DNA from: Myxococcota bacterium
Lineage (GTDB): Bacteria; Myxococcota_A; UBA9160; UBA6930
Reading direction: 5' to 3'
DNA length: 64,000 nt
Assembly (NCBI GenBank): GCA_965223705.1
Contig: OZ245015.1
Coordinates: 864,001-928,000 of the forward strand
Below the pieces are notes generated by a model that was not told the origin of the DNA, ran no database searches, and saw nothing but the letters and a program-made list of their open reading frames with translations. The position numbers and the translations under genes are program-made. Shown here piece after piece: positions 55,913-64,000 of the stretch (positions are counted from its first letter, which is position 1; each line of letters starts with the position of its first letter).

Positions 55913-57814
55913 TTACACAGACCCTTGCGAAGGCTTGCCGTCGAGTGGCGGCGACCAAGCTTCGGGGCGCTCGATCGCGAGACGCCAGAGTGCATCCGGT
56001 CGCGTGACCTCGCGCACGAAGGATTCGCTCGGGAAGGGCTTCCCGAGCAGGTAGCCCTGGAGCCGCGTGCACCCGAGCGACAGCAGGGTGTCCATCTGTT
56101 CCAGAGTTTCGACGCCCTCGGCGATGACTTGGAAGCCCAGGCCTTGCGCGATGCGCACGAGGCTCTCGAAGATGACGACATCGCGCGGATCTTCGGTGAT
56201 GCCTTGCACAAAGGACTGGTCGATCTTCAGCGTGTCCGCCGGTAGTCGTTTGATCAGCGCGAGCGAGGAGTAACCGCACCCGAAGTCGTCGATGGCCGTT
56301 CGAACGCCGAGCCTTCGCAGCCGCGTAAGGGCCTCGATCATCGATTCGTTGGCCGCAAAGGACTCGGTCAACTCGAGCTCGAGTCGCCCGGCGGACAGGC
56401 CCGTTTCGCGAAGAATCGCTTTGACACTGTCGAGGAAGCTCTCGTGCTCGAGCTGTCGGGCCGAGATATTGACGGCGACGGCGACGTCGCCGAGCTCCGT
56501 CCAGGAGGCCGCCGCTTCACAGGCGGTTCGCAGTACCCATTCCCCCAGGTCGACAATCATCCCGGTGTCTTCCGCCAGCGTGATGAACTCGCCCGGCGAG
56601 ACGATGCCGCGAGACGGATGGCGCCAGCGCACGAGTGTCTCGGCGGCGATGAGGCGCTCTGTCGCGACGTCCACTTGCGGCTGGAAATCGAGAATCAATT
56701 CGCCCGAGCGGATCGCTTCGCGCAAACCGTTCACCATCTCGAAGCGCTCCACCGCCGAATCGTTCATCGCCCGTTGGAAGAAACAGACGTGGTTTCGCCC
56801 GGCCGCTTTCGCGTGGTACATCGCGGAATCCGCGCGGCGCAGGAGCAGATCACCGTCTTCTCCGTCCTGCGGGTAGAACGCGATACCGATACTCGCGCTC
56901 ACCCAGCACTCGATGCCTCCGATCTGGTACGCCTTGCCGATTTCTTCGCGAATTCGTTCCGCAAGCGCTTTCACCTGGGCGGGGTCGCGGATGCTGCGGA
57001 TCGCCGCGACGAACTCGTCGCCTCCGAGACGCGCGACCAGATCGCCGCGCGGAACGAGCTCGCGCATCCGACGCGCCACGTCGATCAGGAGATCGTCGCC
57101 GACGGAGTGCCCGAGGTTGTCGTTGATGGATTTGAACCCGTCGAGATCGAAGAACATGACGGCCAAGGGGTGGCCGGTCCGCGAGCTCTCTTCGAGGACG
57201 CCGCGGAGTTCCCGGTTGAAGCAGTACCGATTCGGAAGACCGGTCAGCATGTCGTGGGTCGCCATGTGTTGCTGACGCCGCTGCGCGTGCCGCAACTCAT
57301 TCATCATGCGATGCCGCTCGACGGCGTGTAGCAGCGTCCGTGAGATCAGCTGAGGCGTGACTTCGCCCTTGATGAGATAGTCCTGCGCGCCGGCGCGGAC
57401 GGCTTTCAGCGCCAGGCCTTCGTCCTTCTGGTACGTCAGAACCACGATCGGGACGCTGCGCGCCGCGACCTTCGCACGATAGAGGGAATCGAGCCCGTAC
57501 CCTTCGTGGATCGCCAGATCGAGGAGCACGACGTCGTAGCTGCCACTCTGCAGATTCTGGAGCGCTTGATCGACGCTGCGCACGTGCGTGATTTCGAAGC
57601 GGCGCTCGGGGCCGCCCAGCACGGTAAACAGGCGCTCCGCTGAAAGCATGTCCTCCTCGACGAGGAGGAGATTCACAGACCCGCCACCCTCGGTCGCGAC
57701 CCCGAGTTCCACGTCGTCCGGCTTTGTCGGGGCCTCTTGTTCCTTAGAGGGGTGTGACACCGAGGACATCCCAACCCGCGCCGACCTCGGAGAGCGCGAG
57801 TTCCTTCGCTTCAT
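55913..57814 (-). CDS. REC-GGDEF-EAL diguanylate cyclase/phosphodiesterase (start uncertain)
   Basis: VLLDL receiver, HDMLTGLPNR, RLGGDEF, AETLVRW, ELELTE, IDDFGCGYSS, AEGVET. Confidence 0.95.
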   Translation of the reverse strand: MKRRNSRSPRSARVGMSSVSHPSKEQEAPTKPDDVELGVATEGGGSVNLLLVEEDMLSAERLFTVLGGPERRFEITHVRSVDQALQNLQSGSYDVVLLDLAIHEGYGLDSLYRAKVAARSVPIVVLTYQKDEGLALKAVRAGAQDYLIKGEVTPQLISRTLLHAVERHRMMNELRHAQRRQQHMATHDMLTGLPNRYCFNRELRGVLEESSRTGHPLAVMFFDLDGFKSINDNLGHSVGDDLLIDVARRMRELVPRGDLVARLGGDEFVAAIRSIRDPAQVKALAERIREEIGKAYQIGGIECWVSASIGIAFYPQDGEDGDLLLRRADSAMYHAKAAGRNHVCFFQRAMNDSAVERFEMVNGLREAIRSGELILDFQPQVDVATERLIAAETLVRWRHPSRGIVSPGEFITLAEDTGMIVDLGEWVLRTACEAAASWTELGDVAVAVNISARQLEHESFLDSVKAILRETGLSAGRLELELTESFAANESMIEALTRLRRLGVRTAIDDFGCGYSSLALIKRLPADTLKIDQSFVQGITEDPRDVVIFESLVRIAQGLGFQVIAEGVETLEQMDTLLSLGCTRLQGYLLGKPFPSESFVREVTRPDALWRLAIERPEAWSPPLDGKPSQGSV

Positions 57815-58376
57815 CGGGGTTCGAAGCGGCTACGACCAGGCGACACGTACGCGGACCGCCGGATTGCTTGACGCGAATCGCGTGCCGTTTGAGACCCGGG
57901 AGGCGCCGCTCCGGCTTGGGCAGGCCTACGCGGGGAACCGTCGCTTCCTCCTTCTCCTTGCCGGAATCGGCGCTCTTGGGTTCCTCCGGCAAGGGGTTCG
58001 TTTCCGCGGGTCGTTTCTGTGGAGGTCGGACCAAGCGCCGACCGGCCTTTGTCTCGCTGCTCTCGCGAAGCGACGCGACCATGGAGAAGTACTCATCCGG
58101 CGCATTCGACAGCACGAGACCGATCGATTTCTGGCCGCGTTTCCGACTCTCCTTGACGTGCCAGACCAACCCCTCGATCCGGATGGTCTTGCCCTTGGGC
58201 GGTCGCAGCGTCAAAAGAAGCGGGAAGCCTTGTTCCGGCGGCGTCACGTCGGTTTCGATCTGCAGGCCGCCGTCGGACACGTCGAGCACCAGGGCGCGCA
58301 CCGGCTCCTTCTTCGTCTCGATGAAACACGCGAAGTTGCACCGAACCCGCTCGTGTTTTCTGCGCTCCGCGCCCAT
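57744..58376 (-). CDS. PilZ domain protein
   Basis: ERRKHER (RxxxR) and DVSDGG (DxSxxG). Confidence 0.8.
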   Translation of the reverse strand: MGAERRKHERVRCNFACFIETKKEPVRALVLDVSDGGLQIETDVTPPEQGFPLLLTLRPPKGKTIRIEGLVWHVKESRKRGQKSIGLVLSNAPDEYFSMVASLRESSETKAGRRLVRPPQKRPAETNPLPEEPKSADSGKEKEEATVPRVGLPKPERRLPGLKRHAIRVKQSGGPRTCRLVVAASNPDEAKELALSEVGAGWDVLGVTPL

Positions 58377-58512
58377 ATCGCCCATATCGGCGTGAAGGGA
58401 GTGCGCCATTACCCGAGCGCGGTGCCGATCGGCAACACCGGCGTAGCTCCCGATCTGACGGCAAAAGGACCCGCTTTCGCGTCGTCTGGGAAATTCTTGA
58501 TATAACGTCGAC

Positions 58513-59808
58513 ATGCGCCCAGCCGACCCCGGAGCTTCCGACCGACGCGCCCGCTCGGCGCTCACTGCGGCCCTGCTACTGATCGCTTCGATGTCCGTCG
58601 CCGCCGACGATCCGACGGGTCGGGCTCGGGACGTCTTCGAGGCGGCCTCTCCGATGGTCGTCCAAGTGCAAGTCCTCGAGGAAGAGACCGGCTCCAAAGC
58701 GAGTATCGGCTCGGGCTTCGCCTTCGGGCGGCCGGGACACCTGGTCACGAACTTCCACGTGATTTCAGAAGTGCTCCACCATCCCGAGCGGTACCGCGCC
58801 ATCGCGCTCGACGCCGCAGGCGGGCAGCGGCCCCTCCGAGTCCTCGCCATCGACGTGATCCACGATCTGGCGATCGTCGAGACGGACCCGCCCTTCGAGG
58901 GGGTGCTCGAGGCGCGGTCCGCGCGACCGGCCAAAGGCGAGGACATCTTCGCTTTGGGAAATCCCTATGACCTCGGGTTGAGCGTCGTCGAAGGTACGTA
59001 CAACGGGCTTTCGGAGTATGCCCTGGAAGAGAAGATTCATTTCTCGGGGTCACTCAATCCGGGTATGAGCGGCGGCCCGGCACTCGACGGGCGCGGTCGC
59101 GTCGTCGGCGTGAACGTCGCGACGGCAGGCAACCAGGTGAGCTTTCTCGTACCGGTGGCCGCCGCCGTCCGCCTCGTCAAAGACGCCGGGACCGGGGATG
59201 GTTCCACCGATTGGCACGCCGCTATCGGAGCACAGCTTCACGCGTATCAAGAGCGACATGTCGCCGCGATTCTCGAAACCGCGGCGCCCCGGGTTCCACT
59301 CGGCGCTTTCTCCGTGGGGGGGAAGCCGGCTCCGTCGTTCAGTTGTTGGGGCAATCGGCAGGAAGACGAGAGTTCGCTCTACGAGGCGGTCTTTCACCAG
59401 TGCACGACGGAGGATACCGTCTTCATCTCTGGGAGATTGGTGCTGTCGCTCCTGGCGCAGCGCCACCGGCTGGTGCGCAGCGAGGGTTTGGGCGAGCCCG
59501 CGTTCTACGCGTTGTACTCGGAGTTCTTCGAAGATAGCTACAGCCAACTCGACGGGAGCGAAGACGACTACACGCCGTTCCGCTGCCATACGGATTTCCT
59601 GACTCACCGGGGGATGACGTCGAAAGCCACGTTCTGCGCCCGTCGATACCTCCGCTACGAAGGCCTCTACGACGCCGTTTTCAAGATCGCGACGCTCGGC
59701 CAACCGGACACCGGGCTCGAAACGGCATTGGTCCTTCGGGGAATCAGCATCGGCAACGCGCGAAAACTCGCTGAGCGGCACCTCGAGGCGATCGCATGGA
59801 ATCCCTAG
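58513..59808 (+). CDS. Trypsin-like (S1C) serine protease with Cys-rich C-terminal domain
   Basis: GSGF, TNFHV, HDLAI, NPGMSGGP; no PDZ domain. Confidence 0.88.
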   Translation: MRPADPGASDRRARSALTAALLLIASMSVAADDPTGRARDVFEAASPMVVQVQVLEEETGSKASIGSGFAFGRPGHLVTNFHVISEVLHHPERYRAIALDAAGGQRPLRVLAIDVIHDLAIVETDPPFEGVLEARSARPAKGEDIFALGNPYDLGLSVVEGTYNGLSEYALEEKIHFSGSLNPGMSGGPALDGRGRVVGVNVATAGNQVSFLVPVAAAVRLVKDAGTGDGSTDWHAAIGAQLHAYQERHVAAILETAAPRVPLGAFSVGGKPAPSFSCWGNRQEDESSLYEAVFHQCTTEDTVFISGRLVLSLLAQRHRLVRSEGLGEPAFYALYSEFFEDSYSQLDGSEDDYTPFRCHTDFLTHRGMTSKATFCARRYLRYEGLYDAVFKIATLGQPDTGLETALVLRGISIGNARKLAERHLEAIAWNP

Positions 59809-60776
59809 TTGTCGTCGAAGTTCTCGACCGACGCGGCCGGGTGCGCGAGCGACAGCGCGTTACCGAGCTGCCGTTTCGGATCGGTCGAGCGTACGACAAC
59901 GACCTCATCCTCGACGATCCGACCGTATGCCCACATCACGCCGTGATCGACGAACGCGATGGCGAGATCGGCATCGCGGATTGCGGCTCGGTCAACGGGC
60001 TGACCAGCGCGCGGGAACCGCACACGCGGCTCGCCATCGAAACCGATACGCAAGTGCGTCTCGGGCGGTCGACACTGCGCTTGCGAACGCCCGGGTTCGT
60101 CCCGCCGCCCGCGATCGCGGTCGCGGGCAAGCCCGGTCCGCTACTTCGGGTCCTCAATCATGGGTCGATGCTCCCCGGCGCACTTCTCGCGGCCCTTTTC
60201 ACGACGTATCTCGGGTCCGTTCGGGAGAGCTACGCGCGCTTTACTTGGACCCCGTTCTTGACCGACCTCATCACGGCGCTGTTGGTGCTGCTGGTCTGGG
60301 CGGGACTCTGGGCCTTGCTCACTCGGGTGCTCACGCCACGCGGGCGGTTCTTCGCACACTTGGGCATCACCTCGATTTGGCTGGTCGGCGACACCGTGAT
60401 CGATTTGCTGAGCGAATACGCGCGCTTCTTCTTTGCTTCGATCGACGGAGTCAGCGCCGGTGTCGCCATCGCCGCCTGGGTCTTGGCGGCGATCCTCTTT
60501 TTCGGTCACCTGTCCCTGACGGGCGCGTTGTCGCGTTGGGCTCGGCGGGGGCTCGCGGCAGGCTTGGCGTTGGTCCTCGTGGCTGTGACGCAGCTCGAGT
60601 CCGCGCTCGTCAATGTCGACTGGACGTACACGCTCCCTTATTGGAGTCGCCTCCAACCGGTTTCGCCCGCGTGGCTACCCGCCGAAGACAGCGCCACTTT
60701 CTTCGACGAAGCCTTTGGGTTGGCCGACGCACTGGATGAGCTCGCCGAAGAACGCCTCGCCGAAATCGCTCAGTAG
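59796..60776 (+). CDS. FHA-domain membrane protein
   Basis: IGRAYDNDLILDD..V..HHA, D.GS.NG, then about five TM helices. Confidence 0.85.
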   Translation: MESLVVVEVLDRRGRVRERQRVTELPFRIGRAYDNDLILDDPTVCPHHAVIDERDGEIGIADCGSVNGLTSAREPHTRLAIETDTQVRLGRSTLRLRTPGFVPPPAIAVAGKPGPLLRVLNHGSMLPGALLAALFTTYLGSVRESYARFTWTPFLTDLITALLVLLVWAGLWALLTRVLTPRGRFFAHLGITSIWLVGDTVIDLLSEYARFFFASIDGVSAGVAIAAWVLAAILFFGHLSLTGALSRWARRGLAAGLALVLVAVTQLESALVNVDWTYTLPYWSRLQPVSPAWLPAEDSATFFDEAFGLADALDELAEERLAEIAQ

Positions 60777-60781
60777 GGGCT

Positions 60782-61981
60782 TTAGTATGAGCGGGGCATC
60801 CCCAGGACGTGCTCGCCGAGAAAGCTGAGCACCAGGTTGTTCGAGATCGGGGCGACTTGATAGAGACGCGTTTCGCGCCACTTCCGCTCGACATCGTATT
60901 CGGCCGCAAACCCGAAACCGCCCAGGGTTTGGATCGCCGCTTCACCGGCATGCCAAGACGCCTCCGAAGCGAGGAGTTTGGCCATGTTCGCCTGGGCGCC
61001 ACAGGGCAGGCCGGCTTCGAAGAGTGCGATTCCACTGCGCACCATGAGGTCGGCCGCTTCGGTTTCGGCGTAAGCGCGCGCGAGGGGAAACTGAACCCCC
61101 TGGTTCTTGCCGATCGGTCGATTGAAAACCACGCGCTCGTTCGCGTAGTCCGTTGCCGTCTTGATGAACCAGCGCGCGTCACCCACGCATTCTGCGCCGA
61201 TCAAGAGCCGCTCGGCGTTCATGCCGTCGAGGATGTACCGAAAGCCCTTGTCCTCTTCACCGATCAAGTTTTCGGCGGGCACGGGAACTTCGTTGAAGTA
61301 GATCTCGCAGCTGTGGTGGTTCATCAGCGTTCGGATTGGCTTGATTTCGAGGCCGTTCTTTTTCGCTTCCTCGAGTTCGAGGATGAACACCGACAATCCT
61401 TCCGACCGCTTCTTGACCTTGTCGGCATCGGTCGTTCGGGCGAGGACGAGCATGAGATCGGAATGCTCGGTGCGCGAGATGAATACCTTCTGCCCGGAAA
61501 TCAGATAGCGATCGCCGTCGCGGACGGCTTTCGTACGAAGCTGCGTCGTGTCGGAGCCGGTCGTCGGCTCGGTCACGCCGAACGCTTGCAGCCGCAACTC
61601 TCCCGACGCGATTCGAGGCAGATAACGTCGCTTTTGTTCCTCACTTCCGTGACGCAACAGCGTGCCCATGATGTACATCTGTGCGTGGCAGGTTCCGCCG
61701 TAGCCGCCGGTCGCTTGGATCTCTTCGAGAATCACCGAGGCCGCCCGCAAAGGAAGGCTCGAGCCGCCGTACTCTTCCGGGATGAGCGCTGAGAGGTAGC
61801 CCGCCTCCGTGAGTTCGCGAATGAACTCCGTCGGATAGCCGCGCGTCTCGTCGAGCTCTCGCCAGTACGCACCGGTGTACTGCTGACAGATCGCGCGGAC
61901 GCCCTCGCGAATTTCGGGATAGTCCTCGCCGAGCTCGAGCGAGGGGGGAGTGTCTACGTGGGGAAGGGTCTGTGTCGCCAT
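60782..61981 (-). CDS. Acyl-CoA dehydrogenase
   Basis: IPEEYGG, VTEPTTGSD, GQKVFIS, R..F.RPIG.NQGVQF, TLGGFGF..EY.VER. Confidence 0.95.
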   Translation of the reverse strand: MATQTLPHVDTPPSLELGEDYPEIREGVRAICQQYTGAYWRELDETRGYPTEFIRELTEAGYLSALIPEEYGGSSLPLRAASVILEEIQATGGYGGTCHAQMYIMGTLLRHGSEEQKRRYLPRIASGELRLQAFGVTEPTTGSDTTQLRTKAVRDGDRYLISGQKVFISRTEHSDLMLVLARTTDADKVKKRSEGLSVFILELEEAKKNGLEIKPIRTLMNHHSCEIYFNEVPVPAENLIGEEDKGFRYILDGMNAERLLIGAECVGDARWFIKTATDYANERVVFNRPIGKNQGVQFPLARAYAETEAADLMVRSGIALFEAGLPCGAQANMAKLLASEASWHAGEAAIQTLGGFGFAAEYDVERKWRETRLYQVAPISNNLVLSFLGEHVLGMPRSY

Positions 61982-62000
61982 GGGTTCTCCCGCGGCGCGG

Positions 62001-62930
62001 CTACGCGCTCGTACTCGTGAAGTTTTTCGGAAGGCCGGCCACCGGGATCGCTCCGTGGAAGCGAACTTCCGGGAGCGACGAGACCAACCATTCGCGCACG
62101 GACAATAGCGCCTCGATGTCGACGCCGGTGCGCAAGCCCATCGACTCGAGCATGAAGACGAGATCTTCCATGTCGACGTTCCCGGTCGCACCCGGTGCGA
62201 ACGGACAACCCCCGAACCCGCCGAGGGACGCGTCGAACGCCCTCACACCGGCTTCGAGCGCCGCGACGACGTTCGCGAGGCCAAGGCCTCGCGTATCGTG
62301 GAAGTGGCCGGCGAGGGGGACGTCGCCGACGGCGCTCCGGACAGCCCGAAAGACACGGCCGATGGCTGCGGGATTCCCGTAGCCGACACTGTCCGCGATG
62401 CCGATCTCATCGACGCCGAGCTCGGCGTACCGTTCGGCGAGTTCGACGACACGGGCTTCCGAGATCGCGCCTTCAATGGTGCAGCCGAAAGCTGTCGACA
62501 AATAGCCGTTGAGAATCGGCCTCCGATCTTCCGGCAACTCACTGCGCCGGGCCGCGATCCTTGCGAAGTCGGCAAAGGATTCATCCACGGATCGGTTGAC
62601 GTTGCGCCGGTTGTGCGACTCGCTCACCGACAGGACGTAGTTGACTTTGTGCGCACCGATTTCGAAGGCGCGCTCGGCCCCCCGCAGATTCGGGACGAGG
62701 ACCGCGACGCGCAGGCCGCTGATCCCCAACGCGCCACCGACCACCTCGGAAGCGTCGGCCAGCTGCGGTATCGCGCGCGGCGAGACGAACGAGCTCACCT
62801 CGATCTCGGGAACGCCCGCCTTCGCTTCCGCTTCGCACCAGCGGATCTTGTCGGCGGTGGAAAGCTCCTGTTCGATGCTCTGCAAACCGTCCCGCGTGCC
62901 GACCTCGCGCACGGAAACGTCGGTCGTCAT
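62001..62930 (-). CDS. Hydroxymethylglutaryl-CoA lyase family protein
   Basis: EVGTRDGLQ, HFHDTRG.GLAN, GGCPFAPGATGN. Confidence 0.93.
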   Translation of the reverse strand: MTTDVSVREVGTRDGLQSIEQELSTADKIRWCEAEAKAGVPEIEVSSFVSPRAIPQLADASEVVGGALGISGLRVAVLVPNLRGAERAFEIGAHKVNYVLSVSESHNRRNVNRSVDESFADFARIAARRSELPEDRRPILNGYLSTAFGCTIEGAISEARVVELAERYAELGVDEIGIADSVGYGNPAAIGRVFRAVRSAVGDVPLAGHFHDTRGLGLANVVAALEAGVRAFDASLGGFGGCPFAPGATGNVDMEDLVFMLESMGLRTGVDIEALLSVREWLVSSLPEVRFHGAIPVAGLPKNFTSTSA

Positions 62931-62994
62931 AGATCCTCCTTCGACTCACAATAGTTTACGCCCCCGCTGTAGAATACGCCTCGGAGGATTTCCG

Positions 62995-64000
62995 ATGATC
63001 ACGCGCGGCTCCTGGCTCCTCGCTGGGCTCCTACTCTTCGCAGGGGCGGCCAACGCCCAGACCACCGTTGACGACGCGTCCCTCAGCGACGAAACCGACG
63101 GGACGAACTGGCTTTCCTACGGCCGTACTTACAGCGAGCAGCGCTACAGCCCGCTCGATCAGGTGAACCGCGAAACCGTCGGTCGCTTGGGGCTTTCTTG
63201 GTACCTCGAATTGCCCGAGGACCGAAGCCTGATCGGGACTCCGTTGGTCGTAGACGGAGTCCTCTACTTCACCGGGAGCTACAGCCGGACCCGCGCGGTG
63301 GACGCGCGAACCGGGAAGCTCCTCTGGGAATACGACCCGAAATCCATCGAGCATGCCGGCGATCGCCTCAAAGTCATGTGGGATTCGAGTCGCGGTCTCG
63401 CGTTCTGGAACGGCAAGGTCATTATTGCGACCATCGACGGCCGCCTCGTCGGGCTCGACGCGAAAACCGGCGAACGCATCTGGGAAACCAACACCGTCGA
63501 TCCGAGCAAGGCGTACTACATCACCGGTACGCCCAAGGTCTTCCGCGGCAAGGTCATCGTCGGCAACGGCGGCACGGAGCACACGTCGGCCCGCGGCTAC
63601 GTGACAGCGTACGACGCGGATACGGGAGAGTTCGCCTGGCGCTTTTTCATTGTCCCCGGGAATCCCGCAGACGGCTTCGAAAACAAAGCGATGGAAATGG
63701 CCGCGGAGACCTGGACCGGAGAGTGGTGGAAGTTCGGCGGCGGCGGAAACACCTGGAACGGGATGACCTACGACCCCGAGTTCGATCAGATGATCATCGG
63801 AACGGGAAACGGTTCGCCGTGGAACCGAAAGATTCGAAGCCCCGGCGGCGGAGACAACCTGTTCCTGTGTTCCCTCGTGGCACTCGACGCCCAGACCGGC
63901 GAATACAAGTGGCATTACCAGACCGTGCCCGGCGAAACCTGGGACTACAACTCGAACATGGACATCGTGTTGGCCGACCTCGAGATCGAGGGCGAGAAGA
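62995..64000 (+). CDS. PQQ-dependent (quinohemoprotein-type) dehydrogenase, 3'-truncated by the window edge
   Basis: Absent from the ORF track. GGAGG SD then ATG 62995; NWLSYGRTYSEQRYSPL, GNGGTE, GTGNGSPW, GDNLFLCS, WDYN. Confidence 0.92.
   Translation, partial: MITRGSWLLAGLLLFAGAANAQTTVDDASLSDETDGTNWLSYGRTYSEQRYSPLDQVNRETVGRLGLSWYLELPEDRSLIGTPLVVDGVLYFTGSYSRTRAVDARTGKLLWEYDPKSIEHAGDRLKVMWDSSRGLAFWNGKVIIATIDGRLVGLDAKTGERIWETNTVDPSKAYYITGTPKVFRGKVIVGNGGTEHTSARGYVTAYDADTGEFAWRFFIVPGNPADGFENKAMEMAAETWTGEWWKFGGGGNTWNGMTYDPEFDQMIIGTGNGSPWNRKIRSPGGGDNLFLCSLVALDAQTGEYKWHYQTVPGETWDYNSNMDIVLADLEIEGEK

Overview
A GC-rich (roughly two-thirds G+C), densely coding bacterial window. The gene content (alternative complex III, PEP-CTERM proteins, PilZ proteins, many LLM/SDR/hydrolase genes) suggests a Myxococcota/deltaproteobacteria-like organism; that is an inference. 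Housekeeping and metabolic genes include the end of an ActCDEF operon, glnS, acyl-CoA enzymes, two PQQ dehydrogenases and c-di-GMP genes. Two accessory envelope loci stand out. (1) 13.9-28.2 kb: a divergent cluster with two heme c proteins (one LamG-fused), a Tat-exported DUF1501-like protein and two proteases on one side, and DsbD, TlpA, a CGC-tailed lipoprotein, a DUF3570-like barrel with two [S/T]GA[S/T] flavinylation motifs and ApbE on the other. (2) 28.1-37.1 kb: an orphan AMIN-secretin-SPOR protein and an OM barrel, divergent from an operon of ExbD/MotB-like, TonB-like, large helical, lipoprotein and ExbB/TolQ-like genes. The ORF track misses or mis-calls several features: a CxxU selenoprotein (48442-48660), two inverted ~365-bp palindromic elements flanking a GST gene, a structured intergenic RNA/sORF region (5.17-5.54 kb), and probable non-canonical start codons. 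I found no rRNA, tRNA, CRISPR array or transposase. All family assignments come from motif recognition by eye, not database searches.
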